A program made the translations under genes and the position numbers. From IMG/VR virus record IMGVR_UViG_3300033273_000066, positions 1-36,109 of that record: DNA of 36,109 nt; one strand, 5' to 3'. The DNA is from a virus. Below are positions 9,610 through 16,636 of this stretch, piece after piece (the stretch's first letter is position 1; each line of letters starts with the position of its first letter). The notes under the pieces are model-generated. The model did no database searches. It was not told the DNA's origin and saw only the letters and a program-made list of their open reading frames with translations.

Positions 9610-10040
9610 TATTCGCCTCGCCGCTTTTCCATAAAGTATCTCAAAATGCCGTCCATCATGCCGACGTTCGAAGCGCCACCAAGCGGATCTATAACGCCAT
9701 ACGCAGCTTTACCGCCGGCCGCAATCTTTCCTAGCAGGCCATCTGCCTTACGGTAATCTTGCAGCAATTCGTCAAATTCATCTAGGCCAGCCTCATAGCT
9801 GCTCTCGTAGTCACCGCCGACAGTGGCGCCAACGCGTGGACCATGCTTGCGCATCATCTGCACCATGTAGTTGCGCTCTGGCGTGCCCTCTTCGGTCTGC
9901 TCCAACGCACGCAGCGCACGCAAGATTGTTTCGTCGCTGTACATTGGACCTTCGACGTCGTCTTCACGCGGACGTGATGCGTTGTATTCGTCGTTGGTCA
10001 GGTCGACGTATAACTTGCGTAAGAACAGATCCATCACCAC
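9609..10040 (-). CDS. Hypothetical protein (143 aa)
   Basis: ORF with 1-nt and 7-nt overlaps to its neighbours. Confidence 0.55.
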   Translation of the reverse strand: MVMDLFLRKLYVDLTNDEYNASRPREDDVEGPMYSDETILRALRALEQTEEGTPERNYMVQMMRKHGPRVGATVGGDYESSYEAGLDEFDELLQDYRKADGLLGKIAAGGKAAYGVIDPLGGASNVGMMDGILRYFMEKRRGE

Positions 10041-10303
10041 TTCACCTTGTTTGCCCAGTACGCCGCAGACATCTTGCCCTTAGCAATGTTTTTCGCGTGG
10101 CGCGCCTTGAACGACTTGCTGCGCGCCGTATTCTTTTTGTCGCCGGACACTCCTTGTTGGCCAAACCTAATCGTTTTGACCTTATCGCCTTCTTTCGCGA
10201 CGACAACGTGCGACTTCGTCGGGTGCTTTGGGGTGCGTTTCGGCTTGTTATATCCAGATACGCCGACACGAGATAACCGAGCATCTTTTTTCTTTTCAGG
10301 CAT
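10034..10303 (-). CDS. Small, very basic conserved-looking protein (89 aa)
   Basis: Contains GYNKPKRTPKHPTKSHVVVAK...ARHAKNIAKGKMSAAYWANKVKW. I recall this Lys/Arg-rich pattern from marine phages. Function unknown. Confidence 0.6.
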   Translation of the reverse strand: MPEKKKDARLSRVGVSGYNKPKRTPKHPTKSHVVVAKEGDKVKTIRFGQQGVSGDKKNTARSKSFKARHAKNIAKGKMSAAYWANKVKW

Positions 10304-11142
10304 CAGAAATACTTACCCGTCAATATGTCTACAAATTTACCGTTTGGAAGACGGCGAATAGATGATGTGCCAGAGCGCATACCAAATGCACCGCTGGGAT
10401 CGTAGTAGTTAGCGTTTGAGAGTGGCGCCTTGCCCGTCTCAGTCGTCATATCGATCGCAGCTTGCACCGTGTCTAAGAAGTCTTGATTTGTCGCAAAATC
10501 CTGACCTGCAGTTGTCGCAGGAATAACACCAGAAAAATCAGGCTCGATGTAATCTGTCGCCGGATCGTACACGTCAACGCCGCTAAAATCTTCGGTAAAA
10601 GTTGTCTCAGGCTGGCCGTTGTTTGTTGGAAACGTAGGTGGCGTAAAACCATCTGGGCGCAGCATAGGACGCACAGTTGTGCGTGGTGGGCCCATATCGC
10701 CACTATCGTCACCGCCTTGGAACATGCCGCTCAGACCCTTCGTAAACAAGCCAAGCAAGCCAAATGACGGCAGCGGCTGATCCATCGTCAGCGGGCCGAT
10801 CGCGTATGGCGTGGGGCTTGCAGCACCCTCTGGGCTTGTCATCATTCGCTGCATGAGTGGACGATTGTCTTCGGCAATTTGCGGATTGTAGTTATCGCGG
10901 CCACGGCTTCCTAGAAATTGTTGCGCCGGTCCGCTTGGATCGTTGTACGCTGCACGGTATTCAGCCGCGTAATCTCTACCGCGGGGGCCAGTCGAAACGT
11001 AACCTTGACGCGCTCGCATGGCGGAAACGTGATCATCGCCAAACGCTTGCGTCTCTGCGATATTTCGCGCAGTCCGCGCGTCGTAATCTTCGGTGCGCTC
11101 TTTTAGGCCAAAGCCCATTGCTAGATCGTCAAGAATACCCAT
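10303..11142 (-). CDS. Pro/Gly-rich, probably disordered protein (279 aa)
   Basis: ATG at 11142 overlaps the TGA of the upstream micro-ORF (TGATG). Low-complexity composition. Confidence 0.55.
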   Translation of the reverse strand: MGILDDLAMGFGLKERTEDYDARTARNIAETQAFGDDHVSAMRARQGYVSTGPRGRDYAAEYRAAYNDPSGPAQQFLGSRGRDNYNPQIAEDNRPLMQRMMTSPEGAASPTPYAIGPLTMDQPLPSFGLLGLFTKGLSGMFQGGDDSGDMGPPRTTVRPMLRPDGFTPPTFPTNNGQPETTFTEDFSGVDVYDPATDYIEPDFSGVIPATTAGQDFATNQDFLDTVQAAIDMTTETGKAPLSNANYYDPSGAFGMRSGTSSIRRLPNGKFVDILTGKYF

Positions 11143-11246
11143 CACAACGCCTTTTTAAGTTTTTTCAGGCAAATGCCGGCTGCAGTGCACGCTTTACGTG
11201 TGGGGCAGTCTTTGCATAGCGTTCCGGTTGTAGTTGTTGCTGACAT
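11142..11246 (-). CDS. 34-aa Cys4 micro-protein (MSATTTTGTLCKDCPTRKACTAAGICLKKLKKAL)
   Basis: Not in the ORF track because it is under 60 aa. AGGATAGG lies upstream of the ATG and its stop overlaps the next ATG. Spacing is CxxC-x5-C-x5-C. Confidence 0.4.
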   Translation of the reverse strand: MSATTTTGTLCKDCPTRKACTAAGICLKKLKKAL

Positions 11247-11256
11247 GTTACCTATC

Positions 11257-11448
11257 CTACGATTGTACTTTCTCTTCCCACTCAAAACACTTTACTTGCA
11301 TGATGTTGTACGTCGGATAACGCGTTTGCAGCGATATAACGCCGTTCTGCATAAAATCCGCTATGCATTCGTTCTCAGATTGGAAGGAGGGGCCACCAAC
11401 AGCAAAGCAGTAATTCTGCGCGCACAAGAGAACAAACGCCGTAAACAT
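11257..11448 (-). CDS. 63-aa protein with a hydrophobic N-terminus (MFTAFVLLCAQNYCFAVGG...)
   Basis: Internal ATG of the 127-aa track ORF, 4 nt after the stop of the upstream 53-aa gene. The N-terminal extension in the track belongs to another frame's gene. Confidence 0.4.
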   Translation of the reverse strand: MFTAFVLLCAQNYCFAVGGPSFQSENECIADFMQNGVISLQTRYPTYNIMQVKCFEWEEKVQS

Positions 11449-11452
11449 CACA

Positions 11453-11614
11453 TCACTTCTTACCCTTTTTCTTCTTTGCGGTCTTGGCGGCTGCCTTGAA
11501 CGCTTTTGCAGTCGGAGCGCCTTTTGAACCGGCTTTACGCATTTTCTCGCCAGATCCTGCGGCGATACGTTTACGCTTGGCGTGGATATTCGCATAAAGA
11601 CCCTTTTTAGGCAT
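11453..11614 (-). CDS. 53-aa lysine-rich basic protein; first gene of the late operon
   Basis: AAGGAG lies 7 nt upstream of the ATG at 11614. Translation: MPKKGLYANIHAKRKRIAAGSGEKMRKAGSKGAPTAKAFKAAAKTAKKKKGKK. Missing from the ORF track because it is under 60 aa. Confidence 0.6.
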   Translation of the reverse strand: MPKKGLYANIHAKRKRIAAGSGEKMRKAGSKGAPTAKAFKAAAKTAKKKKGKK

Positions 11615-11660
11615 ACCGATCTCCTTTTAACGGCTTGCACACATAATACAGGAAAATCGT

Positions 11661-11696
11661 TGTAAATAAACCCCGCGCGTGGGAGGCCGCGCGGGG
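11661..11696 (-). terminator. Intrinsic-terminator-like hairpin oriented on the minus strand, just upstream of the late operon
   Basis: Perfect 9-bp all-GC stem (CCCCGCGCG / CGCGCGGGG) with an 8-nt loop, followed on the minus strand by TTTATTTACA. Confidence 0.55.
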
Positions 11697-11760
11697 GAGC
11701 TAGAAGCTCTGGCGGGTGGAAGGGGATAACCGCCTAACGCACTATCTCAAAAAATAGTGC

Positions 11761-11789
11761 TTGTGTCTATGTTCACAATTTGTTAACAT
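11761..11789 (+). promoter_or_regulatory. Sigma70-like promoter P_A: TTGTGT-N17-TAACAT with extended -10 TG
   Basis: Spacer and -10 contain TGTTCACA and TGTTAACA, 11 bp apart. Lies 45 nt upstream of the ATG at 11834. Confidence 0.6.
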
Positions 11790-11833
11790 ACATTAAGGGA
11801 TGCGAATCAACCTTGTGCTGGGAGGCACGCAAC

Positions 11834-12409
11834 ATGACAAAACTTAAACGCGAAACCCGTTTCATCGAAATCATGATCTCTAACGTCTTGGACGGCTTAG
11901 ACGATACCCCATACAAATTGACCAAAGCACAAAAAGCCAAGGCGCTTAAGGTGCTAGAAGTCAAAAAGCCTAACCGCGACAGCTCAAACTGCAGCAAAGC
12001 GGGACGTAACCGCATCCTGATCAACCTGTCATACTGGCAGATCAAAAACGTCGAAGCCGGCAAAGTGACAGGCTTCCGCCCGATTACACGAGAAACCAAA
12101 GACGGTCACGTCTGGTGGCGCGAGTACAAGTCGTTCGACAACGACCCACGCTGTGGCGGGATGTTCGTCAAGAACGGCGATGTCGATCACGGCAACCTGA
12201 TCCAAGTCACACACGAGATGGCGCACTACGTGCAGTTCACGCTGTGGCACTCAGACAAGTCTCGCTGGAGATACATGCGCCAGCCACACGGCGAAGGCTT
12301 CAAGCAGATTTACCGCATCCTGCGCGACCGCTTCGTTAACGATCCAGAAAAGCGCATGAGCTTCCTGATGGATTGCAACGGTCAAGAATGCTTCGAGCAC
12401 GTCGGCTAA
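11834..12409 (+). CDS. SprT/Wss1-like zinc metalloprotease-domain protein (191 aa)
   Basis: GGGAGG lies 8 nt upstream of the ATG at 11834. It has an HEMAHY motif followed 17 aa later by PHGEGF, the HExxH...HG..F pattern of SprT-like domains. Confidence 0.5.
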   Translation: MTKLKRETRFIEIMISNVLDGLDDTPYKLTKAQKAKALKVLEVKKPNRDSSNCSKAGRNRILINLSYWQIKNVEAGKVTGFRPITRETKDGHVWWREYKSFDNDPRCGGMFVKNGDVDHGNLIQVTHEMAHYVQFTLWHSDKSRWRYMRQPHGEGFKQIYRILRDRFVNDPEKRMSFLMDCNGQECFEHVG

Positions 12410-12413
12410 GGTC

Positions 12414-12432
12414 AGGGGCTTCGGCCCCTTTT
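12414..12432 (+). terminator. Rho-independent terminator after the SprT-like gene
   Basis: AGGGGC-TTCG-GCCCCT hairpin followed by TTTT, 5 nt after the stop codon. Confidence 0.6.
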
Positions 12433-12436
12433 CCGC

Positions 12437-12465
12437 TTGCACTACTGTTAACGGTTTGTTAACAT
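12437..12465 (+). promoter_or_regulatory. Sigma70-like promoter P_B: TTGCAC-N17-TAACAT with extended -10 TG
   Basis: Contains TGTTAACG and TGTTAACA, 10 bp apart. Followed by AAGGAGA and the ATG at 12487. Confidence 0.65.
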
Positions 12466-12486
12466 GAGGTCATAAGGAGAATCGAC

Positions 12487-13062
12487 ATGGAAAAACTTTA
12501 CGACGATAAATGGGACAACCCACGCTATGTTGCCGCTGTCGCGCGCAACCGCCGCGCTAACGCAGCAACTGGACGCCGCAACCGCTGGATCGCACGCGAT
12601 GAGCGCGCGCAGGAGGTCATCGACTTCTTGGACGCCTACACGTACCAAGACGGATTTCTCGGCAAGATGTCAGAGGCTGTCAGCGAGTGGGGTGAGCTAA
12701 CCGAAAAGCAGTATGCCGCAGTCATCAAAATCATCGATGACCGCAAGGCGCAGGCCGCGGAGCGCGAAGCCAATAAGCTGAAGTCACAGCACGTCGGCAC
12801 CGTTGGCGTGCGTCAGGCGTTCGAGGCCGAGGTCGTGTTCGCCACATACTACGACACGCAGTGGGGCACGACTTTTGTCACAGGCATGAAGTCTGGCGAT
12901 GACATCATCGTCGCAAAAGGCACATCCGACCTATCGTGGGCCAAGAAAGGCGACAAAGTCGCATTCATGGCGATGGTCAAAGCGCACGGCGAACGCGACG
13001 GTGAAAAGCAAACCATCATCAACCGCCCAACCAAAATCACCATCAATGGAGAGGCGGTATGA
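12487..13062 (+). CDS. Hypothetical protein with a beta-rich, possibly OB-like C-terminal domain (191 aa)
   Basis: Strong SD (AAGGAGA). The C-terminal half (VGVRQAFEAEVVF...GDDIIVAKG...GDKVAFMAMVKAHGERDGEKQTIINRPTKI) looks like a small beta-barrel. Function unknown. Confidence 0.55.
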   Translation: MEKLYDDKWDNPRYVAAVARNRRANAATGRRNRWIARDERAQEVIDFLDAYTYQDGFLGKMSEAVSEWGELTEKQYAAVIKIIDDRKAQAAEREANKLKSQHVGTVGVRQAFEAEVVFATYYDTQWGTTFVTGMKSGDDIIVAKGTSDLSWAKKGDKVAFMAMVKAHGERDGEKQTIINRPTKITINGEAV

Positions 13063-13280
13063 CATTCTTCTACGCACTCGTCATCAATTACGCGCTGCAG
13101 GGAACGCCCCTGCAGACGCAAATGTTCTTCGAAAGCTCCAAGGCATGCACAGATGCTTTGCGTGCTGCAGAAGCCCTCTCAGACGCCCTGCCGGCCGATC
13201 TACAGTGTATCAACACCGGCAAGTTGTCTGGGTCAATCAGGCCAAAGCTACGGCCGCAAACGCTCAGTACAGGAGAGTAA
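13059..13280 (+). CDS. Small protein with a hydrophobic N-terminus (73 aa)
   Basis: ATGA overlap with the upstream gene. Begins MTFFYALVINYALQG. Confidence 0.45.
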   Translation: MTFFYALVINYALQGTPLQTQMFFESSKACTDALRAAEALSDALPADLQCINTGKLSGSIRPKLRPQTLSTGE

Positions 13281-13284
13281 AACC

Positions 13285-14139
13285 ATGAGCATTACATCAG
13301 AAGTCAAAAGCGCAAAGCGCTCAAAAGAAATCGAACAGAAAGTGTTTAAGGTCACGCCGGCGCACGCCGAAAAGTGGCTAGAGATGAACACCGGCAATCG
13401 CCGCATCCGTCCATCGCATGTGCGTCACCTCGCCAGTCAGATGGAACAGGGGCGCTGGATGCTTAGCCCAGAGCCAATCGTGTTCAGCCCAAAGCGCCTG
13501 CTCGATGGCCAGCACCGACTATCCGCCGTGCTTATGAGCGGGTGCACAATCGAGGCATCTGTCGCGCTCGTGCAAAACGAAGACGTGTTCCGCGTGCTCG
13601 ATCAAGGTGTCAATCGCAACAACAGCGACCTAACAGGTATCCCGTCGCCCGTACTACAGCCACTGCAATGGCTACTAAAGCAAAGCGTCAACGGATTACG
13701 CAAAGGAAAAATCGTCATCGATGATATCGAACGCATCAAAGACGAAAACATCTTTACGCTGTCAAATCGCGTCAACGAAGTCATCAAGCCAAAGGATCGC
13801 CGCTTTAAGTCCGCGCCGTTCCGCGCGGCATACATCATGGCCGTTGACATGAAACTCTGTGACCTCGAAACCGCGGATCGCATCTACACCGACCTGTCGC
13901 ACATGAACATGACAGAGTGGTCGCGCATGATGCAAAATATCTTCCATCGCTTTGAGACGACCAAGGTTCATGGCGCACATAATAGCTTGAAGAACGAATT
14001 CTTCATGGCTGGCTTGTACCTGTTCTCTGAGGCACACAGTAAGAAAACAAAAATCATTCTTACTGAAAAATTCACAGACGAAATGGAAAAGCGGGTTCGC
14101 AATCGCGTCAACCTGCTATACCGTAAATCTGAACACTAA
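13285..14139 (+). CDS. ParB N-terminal-domain (ParB/Srx, DGQHR-type) protein (284 aa)
   Basis: AGGAGAG lies upstream of the ATG at 13285. Contains NRRIRPSHVRHLASQMEQGRWMLSPEPIVFSPKRLLDGQHRLSAV, matching the ParB-like nuclease-domain signature. No ParA partner is present. Confidence 0.65.
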   Translation: MSITSEVKSAKRSKEIEQKVFKVTPAHAEKWLEMNTGNRRIRPSHVRHLASQMEQGRWMLSPEPIVFSPKRLLDGQHRLSAVLMSGCTIEASVALVQNEDVFRVLDQGVNRNNSDLTGIPSPVLQPLQWLLKQSVNGLRKGKIVIDDIERIKDENIFTLSNRVNEVIKPKDRRFKSAPFRAAYIMAVDMKLCDLETADRIYTDLSHMNMTEWSRMMQNIFHRFETTKVHGAHNSLKNEFFMAGLYLFSEAHSKKTKIILTEKFTDEMEKRVRNRVNLLYRKSEH

Positions 14140-14299
14140 CACCATGGGCGCCAAGAGCGCCCACCGTAAGCCATGAGTGCGGAGGCGGGTTTTTGCGGGT
14201 TATTCGTTTTCCCCGTCAACCATGGCAGCGTGAGCCGGTTGCTTTCTCCTCTGGTGATCACGCACTGAGAGCGCGGCCTTTACTCCTTTAGCTGCGCTC

Positions 14300-15724
14300 T
14301 CACACAACCCCACGAATTCCACGCTTCAGCGGCTTACTCCAAGAGCTCGACGACGATCGCCCATACGCCATCGTCGTGTGATCATTCGCCAGCGCCAAGC
14401 ACACAGCATCCGCGCGGTCAGGCGAATTGACGCCGCGCTTCTTCATCGCGTCCTTGCTCTCAACCTGCATCTTGCCAGACGACGTAAAATGATAACGTGG
14501 CGCCGCTAGATCCGCGTACAACGCGTCATCGCGCGGCAGCTTAACGTCCATACCCTCTAACCAGCCCTTCGCCTTGAACCACAGCTCAGCGCGCAAGTTG
14601 ATGTACGTCTCCTTCTGCGACGACCGCTCCGACACGTTCAAACCGCGCGCCGGCAGATCCAGCTCGCGCAAGCGATCAAGAACACCCGCGCCAAAGCCAT
14701 TACTGTCCACAATGATCTCAACAGGCCGCTTGGACGGCGGTAGTGCGTCGTATTCCGCCTTCACAGCGCCTGTGAGCTGCATCAGGTCGAGGTTACGCCA
14801 TACCGTGAGCGGATGGATCACTGGCCCCTGACGCTTACACAGCACGCTGCTGTCGTTCCCCTGACGCGCAACGTCCAAACCCCAAAAGCACGGCGTGTCC
14901 TCGTCAATCTTAATATCGTTCGCCATCGCGTGCTCAATCAACGAAACAGGGATCACCGTGTCCTCTTCAGACGGCGGGAAATTGCCCAAAACGCGCACAT
15001 GGTACGCCGGACTATCCTCGCCGTAACGCTTCATCATGTCCGCCACAAAATCGTCACTGACGCGCGGGCTATCAACGCAGCTCACATGCATCGTGTACCA
15101 GTCATCACGCAAACGATTGTGCGTATCGTAAAAGAAGCCCGTGTTCCGCGTCGGGTTACCCGTCAACACCGTCGTCGCACTATGTCCTGACATCGATCCA
15201 GAGGCCGCCTCGAAGACGGCCGAGGGCACACCGCTGGCTTCGTCGGCAATTAGAAGTACGTGCTCGCTGTGGACACCCGCCAGCGCCTCCGGCTGCTCAG
15301 CGCGCGACGTCCTGCACGAAATAAACGTGCTCTCCGGCTTACTCTTTAGCTCAATACGATCAGACTTGAGCTCCAGCAAATCGTTGAACGGGGGACGCAG
15401 GCGCTTGGCGACGTTCTTCATCTCAGCGAAGCAGGCGTCGAAAAGTTGGGATGACGTGGGAGCCGTGACAACCGTCTTACTGGGCACGCGCATCAAAACG
15501 TGCCAAATCGCAGCCATCGCAACCGCGGTCGACTTCCCAACGCCGTGGCCAGAACGAACGGATATGCGCCGTTCATCGGGATCCGCAATCGCCTGCAAAA
15601 GCTCACACTGCCACACGTCGGGCTCGATGCCGATAACCTCACGCGCAAACGCGACAGGGTCATTGCGATAACGACGCATTAACGTGACGAACGGGTTATC
15701 TTGTAATTTTTTTTGAGCGGTCAT
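14300..15724 (-). CDS. terL: Terminase large subunit
   Basis: 474 aa. Walker A is SGHGVGKST and Walker B is VLLIADEAS. The C-terminal half is nuclease-like, with conserved Asp residues (WGLDVAR, IVDSNGFG, SPDRADA). Confidence 0.9.
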   Translation of the reverse strand: MTAQKKLQDNPFVTLMRRYRNDPVAFAREVIGIEPDVWQCELLQAIADPDERRISVRSGHGVGKSTAVAMAAIWHVLMRVPSKTVVTAPTSSQLFDACFAEMKNVAKRLRPPFNDLLELKSDRIELKSKPESTFISCRTSRAEQPEALAGVHSEHVLLIADEASGVPSAVFEAASGSMSGHSATTVLTGNPTRNTGFFYDTHNRLRDDWYTMHVSCVDSPRVSDDFVADMMKRYGEDSPAYHVRVLGNFPPSEEDTVIPVSLIEHAMANDIKIDEDTPCFWGLDVARQGNDSSVLCKRQGPVIHPLTVWRNLDLMQLTGAVKAEYDALPPSKRPVEIIVDSNGFGAGVLDRLRELDLPARGLNVSERSSQKETYINLRAELWFKAKGWLEGMDVKLPRDDALYADLAAPRYHFTSSGKMQVESKDAMKKRGVNSPDRADAVCLALANDHTTMAYGRSSSSSWSKPLKRGIRGVV

Positions 15725-15741
15725 GTTAACACCTGTTTACG
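15724..15741. promoter_or_regulatory. TGTTAACA / TGTTTACG operator-like pair overlapping the terL start codon
   Basis: The minus strand reads CGTAAACAGGTGTTAACATGACC, so the ATG of terL is part of the palindrome flank. No -35 element is present here. Confidence 0.45.
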
Positions 15742-16049
15742 AAGTGGGGGTGGGGGTGCGTGGGGAGGTCATTTGCATTTGCACCCCGTCGAATCGTTTG
15801 ACGGGGGGGGTGATTTGCGTTTTGCGCATAGGTCGCTCCGATAATGTCGATTATGTTAAATTCCACTTCTTGCATGCGACATATAAATAAGGCGTTTGCG
15901 CGTCGCAACGCTGCAACGAGCCATGCAAAAAACGCAATGGCACAAGATGTAGTGTCAAGCGATTGTAATTGAACGCTCGTTCTGTTATTCGCGCGCACGC
16001 GTGCATGATCGTATTCCGATGCGTGTTTTCGCGGTTCACTCGTCGTCAC
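15726..16049 (-). CDS. Doubtful 107-aa ORF filling the terS-terL spacer
   Basis: GTG start sits 5 nt after GGAGGA and the stop TAA lies 1 nt before the terL ATG. However, the composition is odd (THPHPH, HPPRQ from C runs), a second frame is also open, and the region is full of repeats and hairpins. Confidence 0.25.
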   Translation of the reverse strand: MTTSEPRKHASEYDHARVRANNRTSVQLQSLDTTSCAIAFFAWLVAALRRANALFICRMQEVEFNIIDIIGATYAQNANHPPRQTIRRGANANDLPTHPHPHFVNRC

Positions 16050-16206
16050 TGCTTTCCTCCATCTCGATTGCTCGCATCAACGCCTGACGGAAACCTTGCT
16101 CAAAGAAGTACTGGTACATCTCCTGCGACATATCCACGCTTAACGTCGCAGATCCGTCCTCGTTATCCGTAATCTCAATTACCTTGATCTCGCTATACGT
16201 CGTCAT
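16036..16206 (-). CDS. Small acidic protein (56 aa)
   Basis: ATG at 16206 is preceded by GGAGGAGGTGG. Sequence: MTTYSEIKVIEITDNEDGSATLSVDMSQEMYQYFFEQGFRQALMRAIEMEESSDDE. Confidence 0.55.
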   Translation of the reverse strand: MTTYSEIKVIEITDNEDGSATLSVDMSQEMYQYFFEQGFRQALMRAIEMEESSDDE

Positions 16207-16636
16207 CGTCCACCTCCTCCGCATCACCCTCGATCACGTCGCCAAGTAACTGCGCAGCCTGCGCGTGCAAGTCGTTCACGCTGATGTTGATTGCCACGTC
16301 ACGTTGCCGCGTGTCGTACTGCGCGTTCAGTTTTGACGCCATCCACTTGTCAGTGTCCACCTGCAAGCGTGCGACGTTGACCATCGATGGATCTGTGTTC
16401 TGCGCTGTGTCGACCGCACGCTCCGCGTAAAAGTGTCCCGCCTCCAACTGTGCAGCCGCGTACCGATCCCGCCTGCCAGTCTTCGCATCTAACCACTTCG
16501 CCCACAGCTTCCACCCGATGTTTTGCTCAGCCATGAGTTTGCGCAGGCTCTTGCCCCGCGCGATCTGCTCGAACAGCTCGTCCTCTCCGATCTCTTCTAG
16601 CGCTGCAATCTTTGCCTTGCCTACTTCACCGACCAT
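16193..16636 (-). CDS. terS: Terminase small subunit
   Basis: 147 aa. It has an N-terminal HTH-like segment (IARGKSLRKLMAEQNIGWKLWAKWL), then RYAAAQLEAGHFYAERAVD...VARLQVDTDKWMASKLNAQY, a pattern typical of small terminases. Lies upstream of terL. Confidence 0.7.
   Translation of the reverse strand: MVGEVGKAKIAALEEIGEDELFEQIARGKSLRKLMAEQNIGWKLWAKWLDAKTGRRDRYAAAQLEAGHFYAERAVDTAQNTDPSMVNVARLQVDTDKWMASKLNAQYDTRQRDVAINISVNDLHAQAAQLLGDVIEGDAEEVDDDDV

Noticed and set aside
11257-11640. 127-aa ORF in the track
   Set aside because: Its N-terminal half is the out-of-frame shadow of the SD-supported 53-aa lysine-rich gene (11453..11614). Only the C-terminal 63 codons, from ATG 11448, look like a plausible separate gene.
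13285-14139. ParB-like gene as evidence for a plasmid-prophage lifestyle
   Set aside because: There is no ParA, no partition-site repeats next to it, and no integrase, CI-type repressor, telomerase or plasmid replication initiator. A lone ParB/Srx-nuclease-domain protein is common in strictly lytic phages.
14140-14299. Possible tRNA, ncRNA or bidirectional terminator in the 160-bp convergent gap between the ParB-like gene and terL
   Set aside because: I found no cloverleaf or T-loop (GTTCGA-type) signature. The hairpins present (14145..14163; 14267..14301 overlapping the terL stop) lack T tracts on either strand, so I cannot support a terminator or RNA gene call.
15746-15810. Possible G-quadruplex on the plus strand (GGGGG T GGGGG TGCGT GGGG ... 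G8)
   Set aside because: Only three G runs are closely spaced and the fourth is about 40 nt away, so this is not a canonical G3+N1-7 motif. The mRNA strand is the C-rich one. It is kept only as a descriptive element of the terS-terL spacer.
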